From Opitutia bacterium (lineage in GTDB: Bacteria; Verrucomicrobiota; Verrucomicrobiia; Opitutales; Opitutaceae), in assembly GCA_947478395.1 (NCBI GenBank), contig CANJVR010000003.1:320001-384000 (forward strand): a DNA stretch of 64,000 bases, read 5' to 3'. Below the pieces are notes generated by a model, which had not been told where the DNA came from, did not search any database, and saw only the letters and a program-made list of their open reading frames with translations. Each line of letters begins with the position of its first letter. Within the stretch, counting starts at the first letter, position 1. Positions 1 through 9,496 of this stretch are shown piece by piece. Both the position numbers and the translations under genes were made by a program.

Positions 1-95
1 AGCGTGGCGAATCGGCCCGCGCGGGGCACCGGGTTTTCGCCCTTGTTTCGCCTTGTTCGACGCGGCAACGTGACCGCTCGCGCTCTTAACTCACC

Positions 96-1508
96 ATGAA
101 GATCAACGTCGCTCTCACTCCCGCCAAACTGGCCCGGAAAACTGCCCGCGTGTTCGAGCTCGCCGGCGAAAAAATTCGCGCCATCGACGCCGCGTGGGAT
201 CCGGTCAAAGGCACCCCGGTGTTTACGGTGCAGGGGAAATACACCTCGCGCGGCTGGACCGAGTGGACCCAGGGCTTCCAGTTCGGCATGGCGTTTCTGC
301 ACTTCGACGCCACCGGCGACACCGCGATGCTCGAGCGCGGCCGCGTGAAAACAGTGCGGCATATGGCTTCGCATGTCTCGCACGTCGGAGTCCATGATCA
401 CGGCTTCAACAACGTTTCGACCTACGGCAACCAGCGCCGGCTGATGCTCGAGGGCAAGACGCGCTTCAACCAGGCTGAACTCAATTACACCGAAATCGCA
501 CTCAAAGCCTCCGGCGCCGTGCAGGCCGCCCGCTATGTGCCTACCGCCTACAAAAAGGCGTGGTCGCCCATTCCCGGTGCCGCGGGCGTCGCCCCGTCCG
601 GTTACGTTTATTCGTTCAATGGGCCGCAGTCGCTTTTCGCCGACACCATTCGTTCGATGCGTTCGCTCGTGGTGGCGCATCAGCTCGGGCACGCGCTGAT
701 GGGTGAGGGCGACAAGCCGACGAATCTCCTGCACCGCGCGATCGAACACGCGGCGACCACGGCCCGCTTCAACGTGTTCTTCGGCCAGGGCCGCGACAGC
801 TACGATGTGCGCGGTCGGGTGGCCCATGAGAGTGTTTTCAACCGCAACGACGGCCAGTTCCGCTGCCCGAGTTCGCAGCAGGGCTACTCGCCGTTCACCA
901 CCTGGACCCGGGGCGCCGCTTGGATCATCTGTGGCTACGCCGAGCAGCTGGAGTTTCTCGATACGGTCAAAGGCTCAGACCTCGACGCCGTCGGCGGCCG
1001 TCGCGCGGTCACGGATCTCTTCCTCGAAACCGCGCGCGCGACCAGCGACTATTACATCGACGGCTACTCGGCCAAAGACGGTGTGCCGTACTGGGACAGC
1101 AGCGCGTTGAACACCCACCGGCTGGGCGATTTCACGAAACGCGCGGCCGATCCTTTCAACGCGCATGAGCCGGTTGATAGCTCCGCCGCCGCGATCGCCG
1201 CGCAAGGTTTCCTGCGTCTCGGCCGCTGGCTCGAGACGAACGGAGAAAAGGCCGCGGGCAAAAAATATTTTCAGGCGGGCCTGACGATTGCCGACACGCT
1301 CTTCGATGAGCCGTATTTATCGACCGACAAAAAGCACCAGGGCCTTTTGTTACACAGCGTCTACCACCGCCCGAACGGCTGGGACCACATCCCGAAAGGC
1401 CGGAAAGTGCCGTGCGGCGAGTCGTCGATGTGGGGCGATTACCACGCGATGGAACTCGCGCTGCTGATCCGCCGGCTCGGTGAAGGAAAGTACTACACGT
1501 TCTTTTGA
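96..1508 (+). CDS. Glycoside hydrolase family 88-like (unsaturated glucuronyl hydrolase)
   Basis: WTQGF, HDHGF, QQGYS..TTWTRG.AW, VPYWD, DSSAAAIAA and WGDY motifs typical of GH88. Confidence 0.85.
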   Translation: MKINVALTPAKLARKTARVFELAGEKIRAIDAAWDPVKGTPVFTVQGKYTSRGWTEWTQGFQFGMAFLHFDATGDTAMLERGRVKTVRHMASHVSHVGVHDHGFNNVSTYGNQRRLMLEGKTRFNQAELNYTEIALKASGAVQAARYVPTAYKKAWSPIPGAAGVAPSGYVYSFNGPQSLFADTIRSMRSLVVAHQLGHALMGEGDKPTNLLHRAIEHAATTARFNVFFGQGRDSYDVRGRVAHESVFNRNDGQFRCPSSQQGYSPFTTWTRGAAWIICGYAEQLEFLDTVKGSDLDAVGGRRAVTDLFLETARATSDYYIDGYSAKDGVPYWDSSALNTHRLGDFTKRAADPFNAHEPVDSSAAAIAAQGFLRLGRWLETNGEKAAGKKYFQAGLTIADTLFDEPYLSTDKKHQGLLLHSVYHRPNGWDHIPKGRKVPCGESSMWGDYHAMELALLIRRLGEGKYYTFF

Positions 1509-1511
1509 GGA

Positions 1512-1543
1512 GTGGAGCGCGTATCCCTAACACGCCGGTTCGG
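1512..1543 (+). repeat. REP-like repeat family A, copy 1
   Basis: gtggagcgcgtatccctaacacgccggttcgg resembles 18514-18545 and 21375-21402; lies just after a stop codon. Confidence 0.55.
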
Positions 1544-1618
1544 CGTCGCTTTCTCTGGGAGCCGACTCGCACGGGTGGGTTAATCAAAATCCACTCCAAT
1601 TTTTAAATTCAAACGTCC

Positions 1619-2443
1619 GTGCCCACGCCACTCCTCTACGAATCCCACTGCCACACCCCGCTGTGCAAACATGCCCGCGGTGAACCAGCGGAGTACGCGG
1701 CCGAAGCCATCGCTCGCGGGTTGAAGGGGATTATTTTCACGGATCATTGTCCGCTCCCCGACGGATTTTCCTCCGGCGTGCGGATGGCGCCCGGGGAATA
1801 CGACCACTACGTGGCCATGATCGCGCAGACGCGCGCTGATTTTGCCGGGCGGCTCGATGTGCGACTCGGACTCGAGAGCGATTATTATCCGGGCGTGGAA
1901 TCGTGGCTGGAGCAACTGCACGCCCGGGTGCCGCTGCATCATGTGCTGGGCTCCGTGCATCCGCAGATTTCCGATTATCGCGCGCGTTATTTCACCGGCG
2001 ACGCTGTGGCCTATCAGCAATTGTATTTCGAGCATCTCGCGCAATCGGCGGAAACGAAACTTTACGATACAATTGCCCATCCCGACCTCGTGAAAAACGA
2101 GGCGCCGGCCGATTGGAATTTCGCGCGCGTCCGGCCTTACATCGAGCGAGCGCTCGACCGAATTGCGGCGACCGGCGTAGCGATGGAACTTAATACTTCC
2201 GGGGTGAACAAGGCGCTGCCCGAATTGAATCCAGGTCGCGCGATGCTCGCGATGATCCAAGCCCGTGGCATTCCCATCGTGATCGGCGCCGACGCCCACC
2301 GGCCGACGCGAGTCGCCGACGGGTACATGAACGCGCTGCGGACGCTGCAAGAAATTGGCTTCACCGAGGTCAGTCATTTCCTGGACCGGAAACGGCAGAT
2401 CACGCCGATCGCGGCGGCTTTGGCGTCGCTCCCAATTTCGTAA
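1619..2443 (+). CDS. PHP-family histidinol-phosphatase (HisJ-like)
   Basis: HCHTPLCKHA, FTDH, GLESDY, LGSVH, AHPDL, ELNTSG and GADAH motifs. Confidence 0.9.
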   Translation: MPTPLLYESHCHTPLCKHARGEPAEYAAEAIARGLKGIIFTDHCPLPDGFSSGVRMAPGEYDHYVAMIAQTRADFAGRLDVRLGLESDYYPGVESWLEQLHARVPLHHVLGSVHPQISDYRARYFTGDAVAYQQLYFEHLAQSAETKLYDTIAHPDLVKNEAPADWNFARVRPYIERALDRIAATGVAMELNTSGVNKALPELNPGRAMLAMIQARGIPIVIGADAHRPTRVADGYMNALRTLQEIGFTEVSHFLDRKRQITPIAAALASLPIS

Positions 2444-2508
2444 CTCCCCGCCGCGGCGGTCATCCCGGGAGCTTGCTCCGACGCGCTCGATGGATTCCTT
2501 CAGGTGCG

Positions 2509-3603
2509 ATGTCTGCCCGCCTGATCAACCTCTACGATCTCACCCGCGAACAACTGCGGGCGCAATTGGTGCGCTGGGAATTTTCGCCCGTGCACGCGGG
2601 CCGGTTGTGGAATTATCTCTACCTGGAGTTGGCCGAGTCGTTCGACGTCATGCCGGAGTTGCCGGCCAAGGTTCGCGACCGGCTCAAAGCGGAGGCGAGT
2701 ATCGGCGTTTTGACGACGGCGCTTGCGACCGATTCAGCTGACGGGTTCACGCGCAAATATCTGCTCGGACTCGCCGACGCCGAAAGGATCGAGACCGTAC
2801 TCATGCGCTATACCGGCCGCGTGACCGCATGCGTATCGAGTCAGGTCGGCTGTGCAATGGGCTGCGTTTTTTGCGCCACCGGCCAGATGGGCTACACCCG
2901 GCACCTCACGCCCGGTGAAATCGTTGCGCAGGCGGTGCACGTAGCCCGCGCGCTACGCGCCCGGCCCACATGTCACTTAATAGGTGACATTCCCTCGAAG
3001 AAAGCGCCGCCGGAACGCCTGCGCAATCTTGTGCTCATGGGGATGGGCGAGCCGTTGCACAATTATGAGGCCGTGATGCAGGCGGTGGATATCATGCGCG
3101 ATGGGGCTGGCCTCGCGCTCGGGGCGGAGCGCATCACGCTTAGCACCGTGGGCGTGGTGCCGGGGATTTTGCGTCTGGCCGCGGAGAAGCGTCCGATCTT
3201 TCTCGCGGTTTCACTGCACGCGGCGACGCAAGCCGAACGCGCCGCGCTGGTGCCGGCCGCAAAGAAATGGCCGCTCGACGAACTGATGGCGGCTTGTCGC
3301 ACGTATAGCGAAACGATGCGCCGCCGGATTTTCTACGAGTGGACGCTGATCGAAGGAAAAAACGATTCCGTCGATCAGGCGCGGGCGGTCGGACAGCTTT
3401 TGCGTGGCTTGCCGGCGCAGGTGAATTTGATCCCGCTGAATCCGACCACGGGCTACGACGGCGAACCCGCGCGGAGCGAAGCGGCGAAACGGTTTCAGAA
3501 AATTCTCGCCGAAGAATTCAAGATCCCGAGCACCGTGCGACAACGCCGCGGCATCGATATTGCCGCAGGTTGTGGGCAGCTGGCCGTAGCGGAGTCCCGC
3601 TGA
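2509..3603 (+). CDS. rlmN: 23S rRNA (A2503-C2) methyltransferase RlmN
   Basis: CVSSQVGCAMGCVFCATG radical-SAM motif, MGMGEPLHN, AVSLHA, VNLIPLN, DIAAGCGQL; start placed at ATG 2509. Confidence 0.95.
   Translation: MSARLINLYDLTREQLRAQLVRWEFSPVHAGRLWNYLYLELAESFDVMPELPAKVRDRLKAEASIGVLTTALATDSADGFTRKYLLGLADAERIETVLMRYTGRVTACVSSQVGCAMGCVFCATGQMGYTRHLTPGEIVAQAVHVARALRARPTCHLIGDIPSKKAPPERLRNLVLMGMGEPLHNYEAVMQAVDIMRDGAGLALGAERITLSTVGVVPGILRLAAEKRPIFLAVSLHAATQAERAALVPAAKKWPLDELMAACRTYSETMRRRIFYEWTLIEGKNDSVDQARAVGQLLRGLPAQVNLIPLNPTTGYDGEPARSEAAKRFQKILAEEFKIPSTVRQRRGIDIAAGCGQLAVAESR
2970..2990. repeat. 21-bp palindrome inside rlmN (encodes CHLIGDI)
   Basis: atgtcac-ttaatag-gtgacat; first 19 bp identical to intergenic 14687-14705. 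Confidence 0.8.
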
Positions 3604-3800
3604 AAGGAATCAAATCGTTGGATTTTTGGCCACGAAGAGGCACAAAATTTTGTCTCCTTTGACGGCCACGGCATTGCGCCGATAGGCGCGCAGCCGGCGA
3701 AAGCGGCCGCTCGTATGGTCGAGCGGGATTTCTGCTTCCAGCGCCGCTGGCTTGATCAAAGCCGCGGCCGCGCTAATTCGGAAATCGGCGGCGGTCGGGT

Positions 3801-5162
3801 CTACAGCGCAAGCGTTTCCCGGCCGGATGCCACCAGCGGATCCGCCGATAGCGTGGGTTCCCTCGATGCGCCCGCGAGGCCGAGACTTGCGGCGCGAGAT
3901 TGCAGCGTGAGCCAGGCCAGCGAGGCCGAGACAGAATTTTCTGTCTGCAGGGCTAGTTGATCGAAGCTCGGCGCCAGCGGCGGAAGCACGCCAGCGGCGA
4001 TCAGTTTTTTCTCGGCGAGGAACAGGCCCAGCGAAGCGCCGAGAGCGTCGAGCCAGACGCGAGGCGAGGCCGGCTCGGCATAAGCCAGCCCAGATTTTTC
4101 GGGCGACCACTCCATGAACTTGCGGAGCTGCTGATGCAGTCCCTTGAGCTCGGCGTCCATGGTCACGGGGTTCCAACGCACGAGGAACTGCTTGCGCTCG
4201 CGGAATTTCTTCACCTCCCAGACGCGGATCAAAAGTTCGTAGTCTCCGCCTTTTTGCCGCAGCGCCCCCGTAAAAATATAATCCAAACCGCCCGTGCTGG
4301 TGTCGACCAGTTGACGGAGGTTTTCCATGGTCCACTCCGCCGAAAAAATCACCGGTTGGCCCGCACCGCCGCCCGGGGGCGTCAGCAGGCCAACGGCCGC
4401 GGCGGGCTCATAGTGCGGCGAGAAATAAAACGTCTCGGAAAGCCACATCGGAATTGCGCGGGACAGACGTCCGAGTTCGTCCTCGGGCTTGGCCATCGCG
4501 GCGATGAGATCGGGATACGCTCCTGGCAGCGCGAGTTGGGCGAACGCGACGCGACGTAAGCGCTCGCTCTTCAACGGCAGGATTTGGCCTGCCAGCGGCT
4601 CCAGCCCGTAGAACCAAATCGGCTTTGTAATGCTCGCGAGGGAGATTTTCGGCACCGCGGCGGTTGTGCCCTCGTTCGCGGGATCGCCCGCCTGGGGCAG
4701 TGGCTCGGCGCCCTGCACGATGAGATCGGCGATGGCGTTGGAAAATCCGTGGAGGCGTTCCTCCAGTTCGGGCCGGTTGAGGGAAAACAAAATATCCAGC
4801 ACGTGCTGCGCGGAGTCGGGGTTGCGCAGGGCCAAGTACGCTTGAAGGAGATTAAGACCGGTCGCGGGTCCGTGGCGCTGCCCATCGTAGCGCGGCGCGA
4901 TTAAATCTATGATCGGTGCGAGGTGGCCGGTGGAACCGAGGTCGCCCGAAATCGTGACAAGCACATCCGCGCGATCGCCCGAGTGGGCGAGTACTTCTTC
5001 GTAGATCGTGAGTGCCGCGGGCAGATCCTTGACGTCGAGGTGGGCGCGAGCTGCGTCGAGGCGCGGCCGGATCGGATTAGTCGCGGACGTTTCAGTCGCG
5101 ACCGGCTGGGGGACGGAGGAAGGCGAATTTTTTTTGGCGGCAAGACGGTCGAAAAATCCCAT
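3801..5162 (-). CDS. Hypothetical protein with TPR-like helical N-terminus
   Basis: Long ORF with normal composition; A..IYEEVL TPR-like helices; start at MGFFDRL. Confidence 0.75.
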   Translation of the reverse strand: MGFFDRLAAKKNSPSSVPQPVATETSATNPIRPRLDAARAHLDVKDLPAALTIYEEVLAHSGDRADVLVTISGDLGSTGHLAPIIDLIAPRYDGQRHGPATGLNLLQAYLALRNPDSAQHVLDILFSLNRPELEERLHGFSNAIADLIVQGAEPLPQAGDPANEGTTAAVPKISLASITKPIWFYGLEPLAGQILPLKSERLRRVAFAQLALPGAYPDLIAAMAKPEDELGRLSRAIPMWLSETFYFSPHYEPAAAVGLLTPPGGGAGQPVIFSAEWTMENLRQLVDTSTGGLDYIFTGALRQKGGDYELLIRVWEVKKFRERKQFLVRWNPVTMDAELKGLHQQLRKFMEWSPEKSGLAYAEPASPRVWLDALGASLGLFLAEKKLIAAGVLPPLAPSFDQLALQTENSVSASLAWLTLQSRAASLGLAGASREPTLSADPLVASGRETLAL

Positions 5163-5227
5163 GGGATCGAGCAAACGGTTTCAGACCGCCCATGGGAATT
5201 TTTTTCGTCGTGAGCGACGGGTCCGGT

Positions 5228-5839
5228 TTATCGGGCCCGGTTCTGAATTCGGCGGCCGAAGGTGTGCGCGGCGCCCGCAGCCATAATTCCAACGAGGTGC
5301 GCCAGCGGCACCGGATAGGCCCCGGGTTCAACGAAGCGAGCGAAGAGCGGCCGCTCCGCCAGGAATTCGGCGATCACTTTCACGGCGAGCAACAGCAACA
5401 CGGCGGCCCAGAACCAGCGGTCTGACGTCCCGCGGGAAAGCTGGGTCAGCGCCAGAAAAGCCAGCAGCGCGGCAGCGACGCCGGAAAGGCCCGCGTAACG
5501 CTGCAGCGCAGGATCGAGGATGTATAAAGCCCCGCCGATGAAACCGGGCCCGAGTAACAACAGCAGCCGGGCGCGTTGCGGGGAGAGACGTTCGGACCAC
5601 GCGGCGGCCGGAAGGAGCACGGCCAGATTCCAAATGAGGTGGCTCGCCCCAAAATGAACGAAATGGCTGGTCCAGAGGCGCCACCACTCGCCGTGGCGAA
5701 CAGCATCCCGCTCATACTCTAGAGCGCTCGTGTTACCGGGCCAGACGGCGACGCCAACGGCGAACAGCGCGACCACGAGCGTGACCCAAGGAAAGGCAGC
5801 GCGGGCGCCAACGGCAGCGTGAGGGGACGAAGCAGTCAT
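5228..5839 (-). CDS. rrtA: Rhombosortase (rhomboid-family intramembrane protease)
   Basis: GEWWRLWTSHFVH..HL.WN, YAGLSG catalytic Ser and AHL.G catalytic His; adjacent to a GlyGly-CTERM gene. Confidence 0.85.
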   Translation of the reverse strand: MTASSPHAAVGARAAFPWVTLVVALFAVGVAVWPGNTSALEYERDAVRHGEWWRLWTSHFVHFGASHLIWNLAVLLPAAAWSERLSPQRARLLLLLGPGFIGGALYILDPALQRYAGLSGVAAALLAFLALTQLSRGTSDRWFWAAVLLLLAVKVIAEFLAERPLFARFVEPGAYPVPLAHLVGIMAAGAAHTFGRRIQNRAR

Positions 5840-5908
5840 GGAGCTGTAAACAAGCGTCGGAGGAAAATCCAACCGCCCCAAATTTCGATTCCCATTGGGC
5901 GCGGGCGA

Positions 5909-6820
5909 TCAACGCGCGTCATCGCGAATAGCGGGGACGGAGGCCGATGCGGATCGGGACAAACACCGGCCGAGCGCGAGCAAGCCGAGGACAAGGACAA
6001 ACACCCCGCCAAAGCTGCCGCCACCCGTATAGCCGGGACGATGTTCGATCTTCACTTCGCCCGGCGATTGCTTCACGCGCACGCGAAACTCCTCCAACTG
6101 CGTTTTTAGATTCTTGATCAGCTCGGTCGTGGCTTGGTCGAAACCTTGGGCGCTATCGGCGCGGAGCCGTTGGTCCACGTACACGGCCGCGGCTCCGGCC
6201 TCCACCCGACTGCCGCCCGGCGCGCGAAAAAGCAGATGCCGGCTTTCGATATCGTAGACCGCCGCTTCCATCAGCGTCTGGGTGTCGTTTTGATTTCCAT
6301 GGAAAAGGTAGGCGCCGACGATCGTCCAGTAGGTCAGCGACAGGATATTGTTGTTGGTAAACTGAAGTTGATCGTACGCGACGAGCGCGACGACATCGAC
6401 GCCGAGGAGCGAGCGGACTTGGTTGAGATTGTCGAACCCACCGCCGGCGCGCAGGTAGCTCGACGGAATTATTTGAAAACCCTGGATGTAATCGAGGCCC
6501 TTGAATTCTGCGGCGACGCGTTCGAGCAAGGCGGACTTTTGCAGTTCGGAAATGCCGGATGGAGTCCCAAAACGTTCGGTGCCGTTGCCTGAAGGGACAA
6601 ACGCTACGCCCACCCGCAGCGGCAGGCGGAGCACCGGAATACTCGTCGGTGGAAGTGGGTTGGACTGATTCGGGTAAAGATAACTCACAACACTGCTGGC
6701 GCGTTGCGTTTGGCGGCCGCGGGAAGAGAAACAACCGGTGAGCAGCAATAGCGCGGCGCTGAGTGCGATTAGGTGATCGAAGCGAAAACGAAACGTCGTG
6801 CGGGGCGATGGGACGTGCAT
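5909..6820 (-). CDS. Rhombotarget lipoprotein with GlyGly-CTERM tail
   Basis: Lipobox LLLTGC, SSVVSYLYP, YWTIVGAY, LLFRAPG; C-terminal GGGSFG + hydrophobic segment + Arg. Confidence 0.85.
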   Translation of the reverse strand: MHVPSPRTTFRFRFDHLIALSAALLLLTGCFSSRGRQTQRASSVVSYLYPNQSNPLPPTSIPVLRLPLRVGVAFVPSGNGTERFGTPSGISELQKSALLERVAAEFKGLDYIQGFQIIPSSYLRAGGGFDNLNQVRSLLGVDVVALVAYDQLQFTNNNILSLTYWTIVGAYLFHGNQNDTQTLMEAAVYDIESRHLLFRAPGGSRVEAGAAAVYVDQRLRADSAQGFDQATTELIKNLKTQLEEFRVRVKQSPGEVKIEHRPGYTGGGSFGGVFVLVLGLLALGRCLSRSASASVPAIRDDAR

Positions 6821-6918
6821 GGCGCGGCGAGATTTCTGGCCAAAGGCGATGATGACAACGTCCATCGCGACGGTAAATATTTTCGCCCAGCGGCGGGGGA
6901 GCGGCGGAAAAAAACTAG

Positions 6919-7926
6919 TTATGATCGCGGCGTGGGAATATTTTCGGGGGCGACGCCGGCGCGGGTCGCGATGAGCGCGCAAACCTGGGGAACGTACATG
7001 CGGGTTTCCGCGGGGAGGGAAGACGCGATGCCGGCGTAGGTTTTCGTCGGAGATTTTTCGAGGAGACGCGCCACGCGGCCGGAACCGGCATTGTAGGCCG
7101 CGAGGGCGAGGGGCCAGCTGCCGAATTTTTCGTAGTGGCCGCGGAGTAAACGAGCGGCGGCACGGGCGGACTTATCGGGATCGGTGCGTTCGTCCGGCAG
7201 AAACGTGCCGAGGCCCTGTTCCTTGGCGGTGTCCGGCATGAGTTGAAAAAGTCCGCGCGCGCCGGCCGGACTGCGAGCAGAGGGATTCATCATCGACTCG
7301 GCCTCGGCGAGCCAGGCGAGTTCGGCGGGCACGCGTTCCGCGGTGAACGCGGCGCGCAGGCGGGGCATCAACGCGGCCGCGGCCGCGGGCGATGGACGAC
7401 CGCGGGCTCGAGCGAGCCAGAGATCGTAATAGGGAACGGCGGGAGAATTTCCGATTTCCGATTTTTGGTTTTCGATGGGTGGCTGCGGTAGCGCGCGGGG
7501 CGGTAGCGGGGTGGTCGAAGGCGTGGTCAGCGGTCCAGCGGCTTCGATTTCGTCGAGGCGCGCGGCGAGCCAGTCGGCATAGTCGTCGTACTCAGGAAAA
7601 AGACGAAGGGCCGTCAGTGCGGCGCGACTTTCGGGGGCGTACGCGGCAAGCGCGCGCAGGTCGTCGCCTTCGAGGGCGCGTTGGAGCCGCGTGGCGAATT
7701 CGTCCCAGTGCGACTTCGACGGAAACTCGTACTGCGCCTTGATTTCCGCCGGGGCGAATTGCTCGAAGAGTTGCTGGCCGAGGGCGAAAAGGTCGTCGGT
7801 CGAGGGCGCGGAGGGCGTGGCCGAAGCAGGTGCGGGGCCCGGCGTTGAGTCCGCGGCGAACGAGAAGGTCATCAGCGCGCTCAAGCCGGCGAGGGCGCGG
7901 ACGCAAAATCGCGAGGCGGCGAACAT
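6919..7926 (-). CDS. Lytic transglycosylase (SLT domain)
   Basis: AES..NP.ARSPAGARGLFQLMPDTA and LALAAYNAG motifs; signal peptide. Confidence 0.9.
   Translation of the reverse strand: MFAASRFCVRALAGLSALMTFSFAADSTPGPAPASATPSAPSTDDLFALGQQLFEQFAPAEIKAQYEFPSKSHWDEFATRLQRALEGDDLRALAAYAPESRAALTALRLFPEYDDYADWLAARLDEIEAAGPLTTPSTTPLPPRALPQPPIENQKSEIGNSPAVPYYDLWLARARGRPSPAAAAALMPRLRAAFTAERVPAELAWLAEAESMMNPSARSPAGARGLFQLMPDTAKEQGLGTFLPDERTDPDKSARAAARLLRGHYEKFGSWPLALAAYNAGSGRVARLLEKSPTKTYAGIASSLPAETRMYVPQVCALIATRAGVAPENIPTPRS
7446..7476. repeat. Heptamer tandem repeat within the SLT gene
   Basis: aatttcc-gatttcc-gattttt-ggttttc-gat; encodes IENQKSEIGN. Confidence 0.65.
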
Positions 7927-7978
7927 GGACGAAACGTTGGCACAATTTTCGGCCAGCGCCAGACGCGTCGCGGGGGCG

Positions 7979-9331
7979 TCAGCGAGGTGGAGTGGAGAGG
8001 GCCGCAGCGACGAGCGCCTTGAGCTTCAGCGCGGGCTGCGTCTGAAAAATAATCTGCGGCGAGAGGTCGTAACTCTTGGGGTTGTTGGCCACGAAGTCGG
8101 TTGTGGCGAGGCGGTAGGTGCGCGCCGGATCGATGGTGGCCGGACCGGCAGCGGCCAGATATTCGCCGTGGCGTTCGGCGAATGGGGTCTCGGGACCTTG
8201 ATTGGCCGTTGCGAGGATGGCGGCGAGTTGGGCCCCGGTGACTTCCGCGATGCAGATCGTGCCTTCAAAACGCACGCAGGCATCGAACGCGACGCGTGTG
8301 ACTTCCCCCTCGGGCAAGCCGGCGCCGAAGGTGGTATTGCCGATGGCCGCGGCGTCGACACCCGCGCCCGTACGGACTTGGGCGGCGACCCAGCGCGCCG
8401 CTTCGATCGGTGAAAGCGCTTTGGCGGTATGGCCGACAGCTACCAGGTCGTCGGCGGTGAGATATTTTGCGTTGGTTTCCCGGATCAGCGCGGCGAGTGC
8501 GGGATCGGCGGGATCGGTGAGCGCGATCGGAATTTGTTCAACCTCCCAGCGCGGCCCGGCATCGGTGGCGTGGAGCATAGCGAGGGAAAAAGAATCGTTC
8601 CACGAGCCAGACTGAAAGTAAACGGTGCGGCCCGTGTGATGGACAAAGCGGAGGTGATTGTGCGCGCCCGCAAAGAGCGTGCCGTCGGGAATCAGCGGGA
8701 GTAGTGCCCGGTCGGTTTGCACGCCGGTGTGAGTCAGAACGATGGCCAGGGGCGCAGTCTTGAGCAGTGCAGGAAAATTTTTCTGCGCCCAAGCGAGGGG
8801 ATCGCTCACATCGAGCGAGGGACGAACAGCGGCCCGGTAGGTGTTGAGGTGATCGGTTGCGAGTCCAACGACCACCGCTTCGCGCGCGCCCAGAAGCAGC
8901 CGGGTCGAGCCGGGTGCGAACGGCGCCTGCGTGGCGCGATCGACGAGGTTGCTGATGACGGTGACGCCGGTGGCCTGGATGCGCGCGACGGTGTCGTCTA
9001 CGGCGTAGAATTCAGGCTCGTGATTGCCGAGGTTGAGAATGGTGGGCGCGCGTTGGGCGAGCGCGGCGAACATCGCAAAATCGATCGCGCCGGCGCTGCG
9101 GCGGGCGACGACGTTGCCATATTCCAAAGAGTCCCCGTCGATGAGCACCGCGAGTGGCACACCCGGGTGCGCGGCGTGGAGCCGGTCGACGTGCGCGACG
9201 AATTGGGCCGTGCGCTCGTAGGCGGAGTGTTGATCGCCGACGATGACGACGATCGCATCGGGTTCGACCGCCGAGAGCGCCAGCATTTGAAACCAAATTA
9301 GGCCTAACCATTGAAGGAAACAGAGCCGCAT
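7979..9331 (-). CDS. Metallophosphoesterase / 5'-nucleotidase family protein
   Basis: GDQH, DGD, LGNHE, THTG and GAHNH motifs plus a 5'-nucleotidase C-terminal region. Confidence 0.85.
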   Translation of the reverse strand: MRLCFLQWLGLIWFQMLALSAVEPDAIVVIVGDQHSAYERTAQFVAHVDRLHAAHPGVPLAVLIDGDSLEYGNVVARRSAGAIDFAMFAALAQRAPTILNLGNHEPEFYAVDDTVARIQATGVTVISNLVDRATQAPFAPGSTRLLLGAREAVVVGLATDHLNTYRAAVRPSLDVSDPLAWAQKNFPALLKTAPLAIVLTHTGVQTDRALLPLIPDGTLFAGAHNHLRFVHHTGRTVYFQSGSWNDSFSLAMLHATDAGPRWEVEQIPIALTDPADPALAALIRETNAKYLTADDLVAVGHTAKALSPIEAARWVAAQVRTGAGVDAAAIGNTTFGAGLPEGEVTRVAFDACVRFEGTICIAEVTGAQLAAILATANQGPETPFAERHGEYLAAAGPATIDPARTYRLATTDFVANNPKSYDLSPQIIFQTQPALKLKALVAAALSTPPR

Positions 9332-9496
9332 GCGACAAACGTCAGAACCCCTTTTCGTGGCGGCAAGCTCGCAGGCGCCGTTGCATAGGAAGAAATCCGG
9401 TCCGCCGGGCAGAGCCTCGCTTTACTCCGGCCACCCTTCCGAGCCGTTTCCCGTTTGACCCTCCGGACGGGGCGTTTACTTAAACCGGTTCTGCGG

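Noticed and set aside
3628..3646. gccacgaagaggcacaaaa as a dispersed short repeat
   Set aside because: Single copy in the window; cannot be supported from this sequence alone
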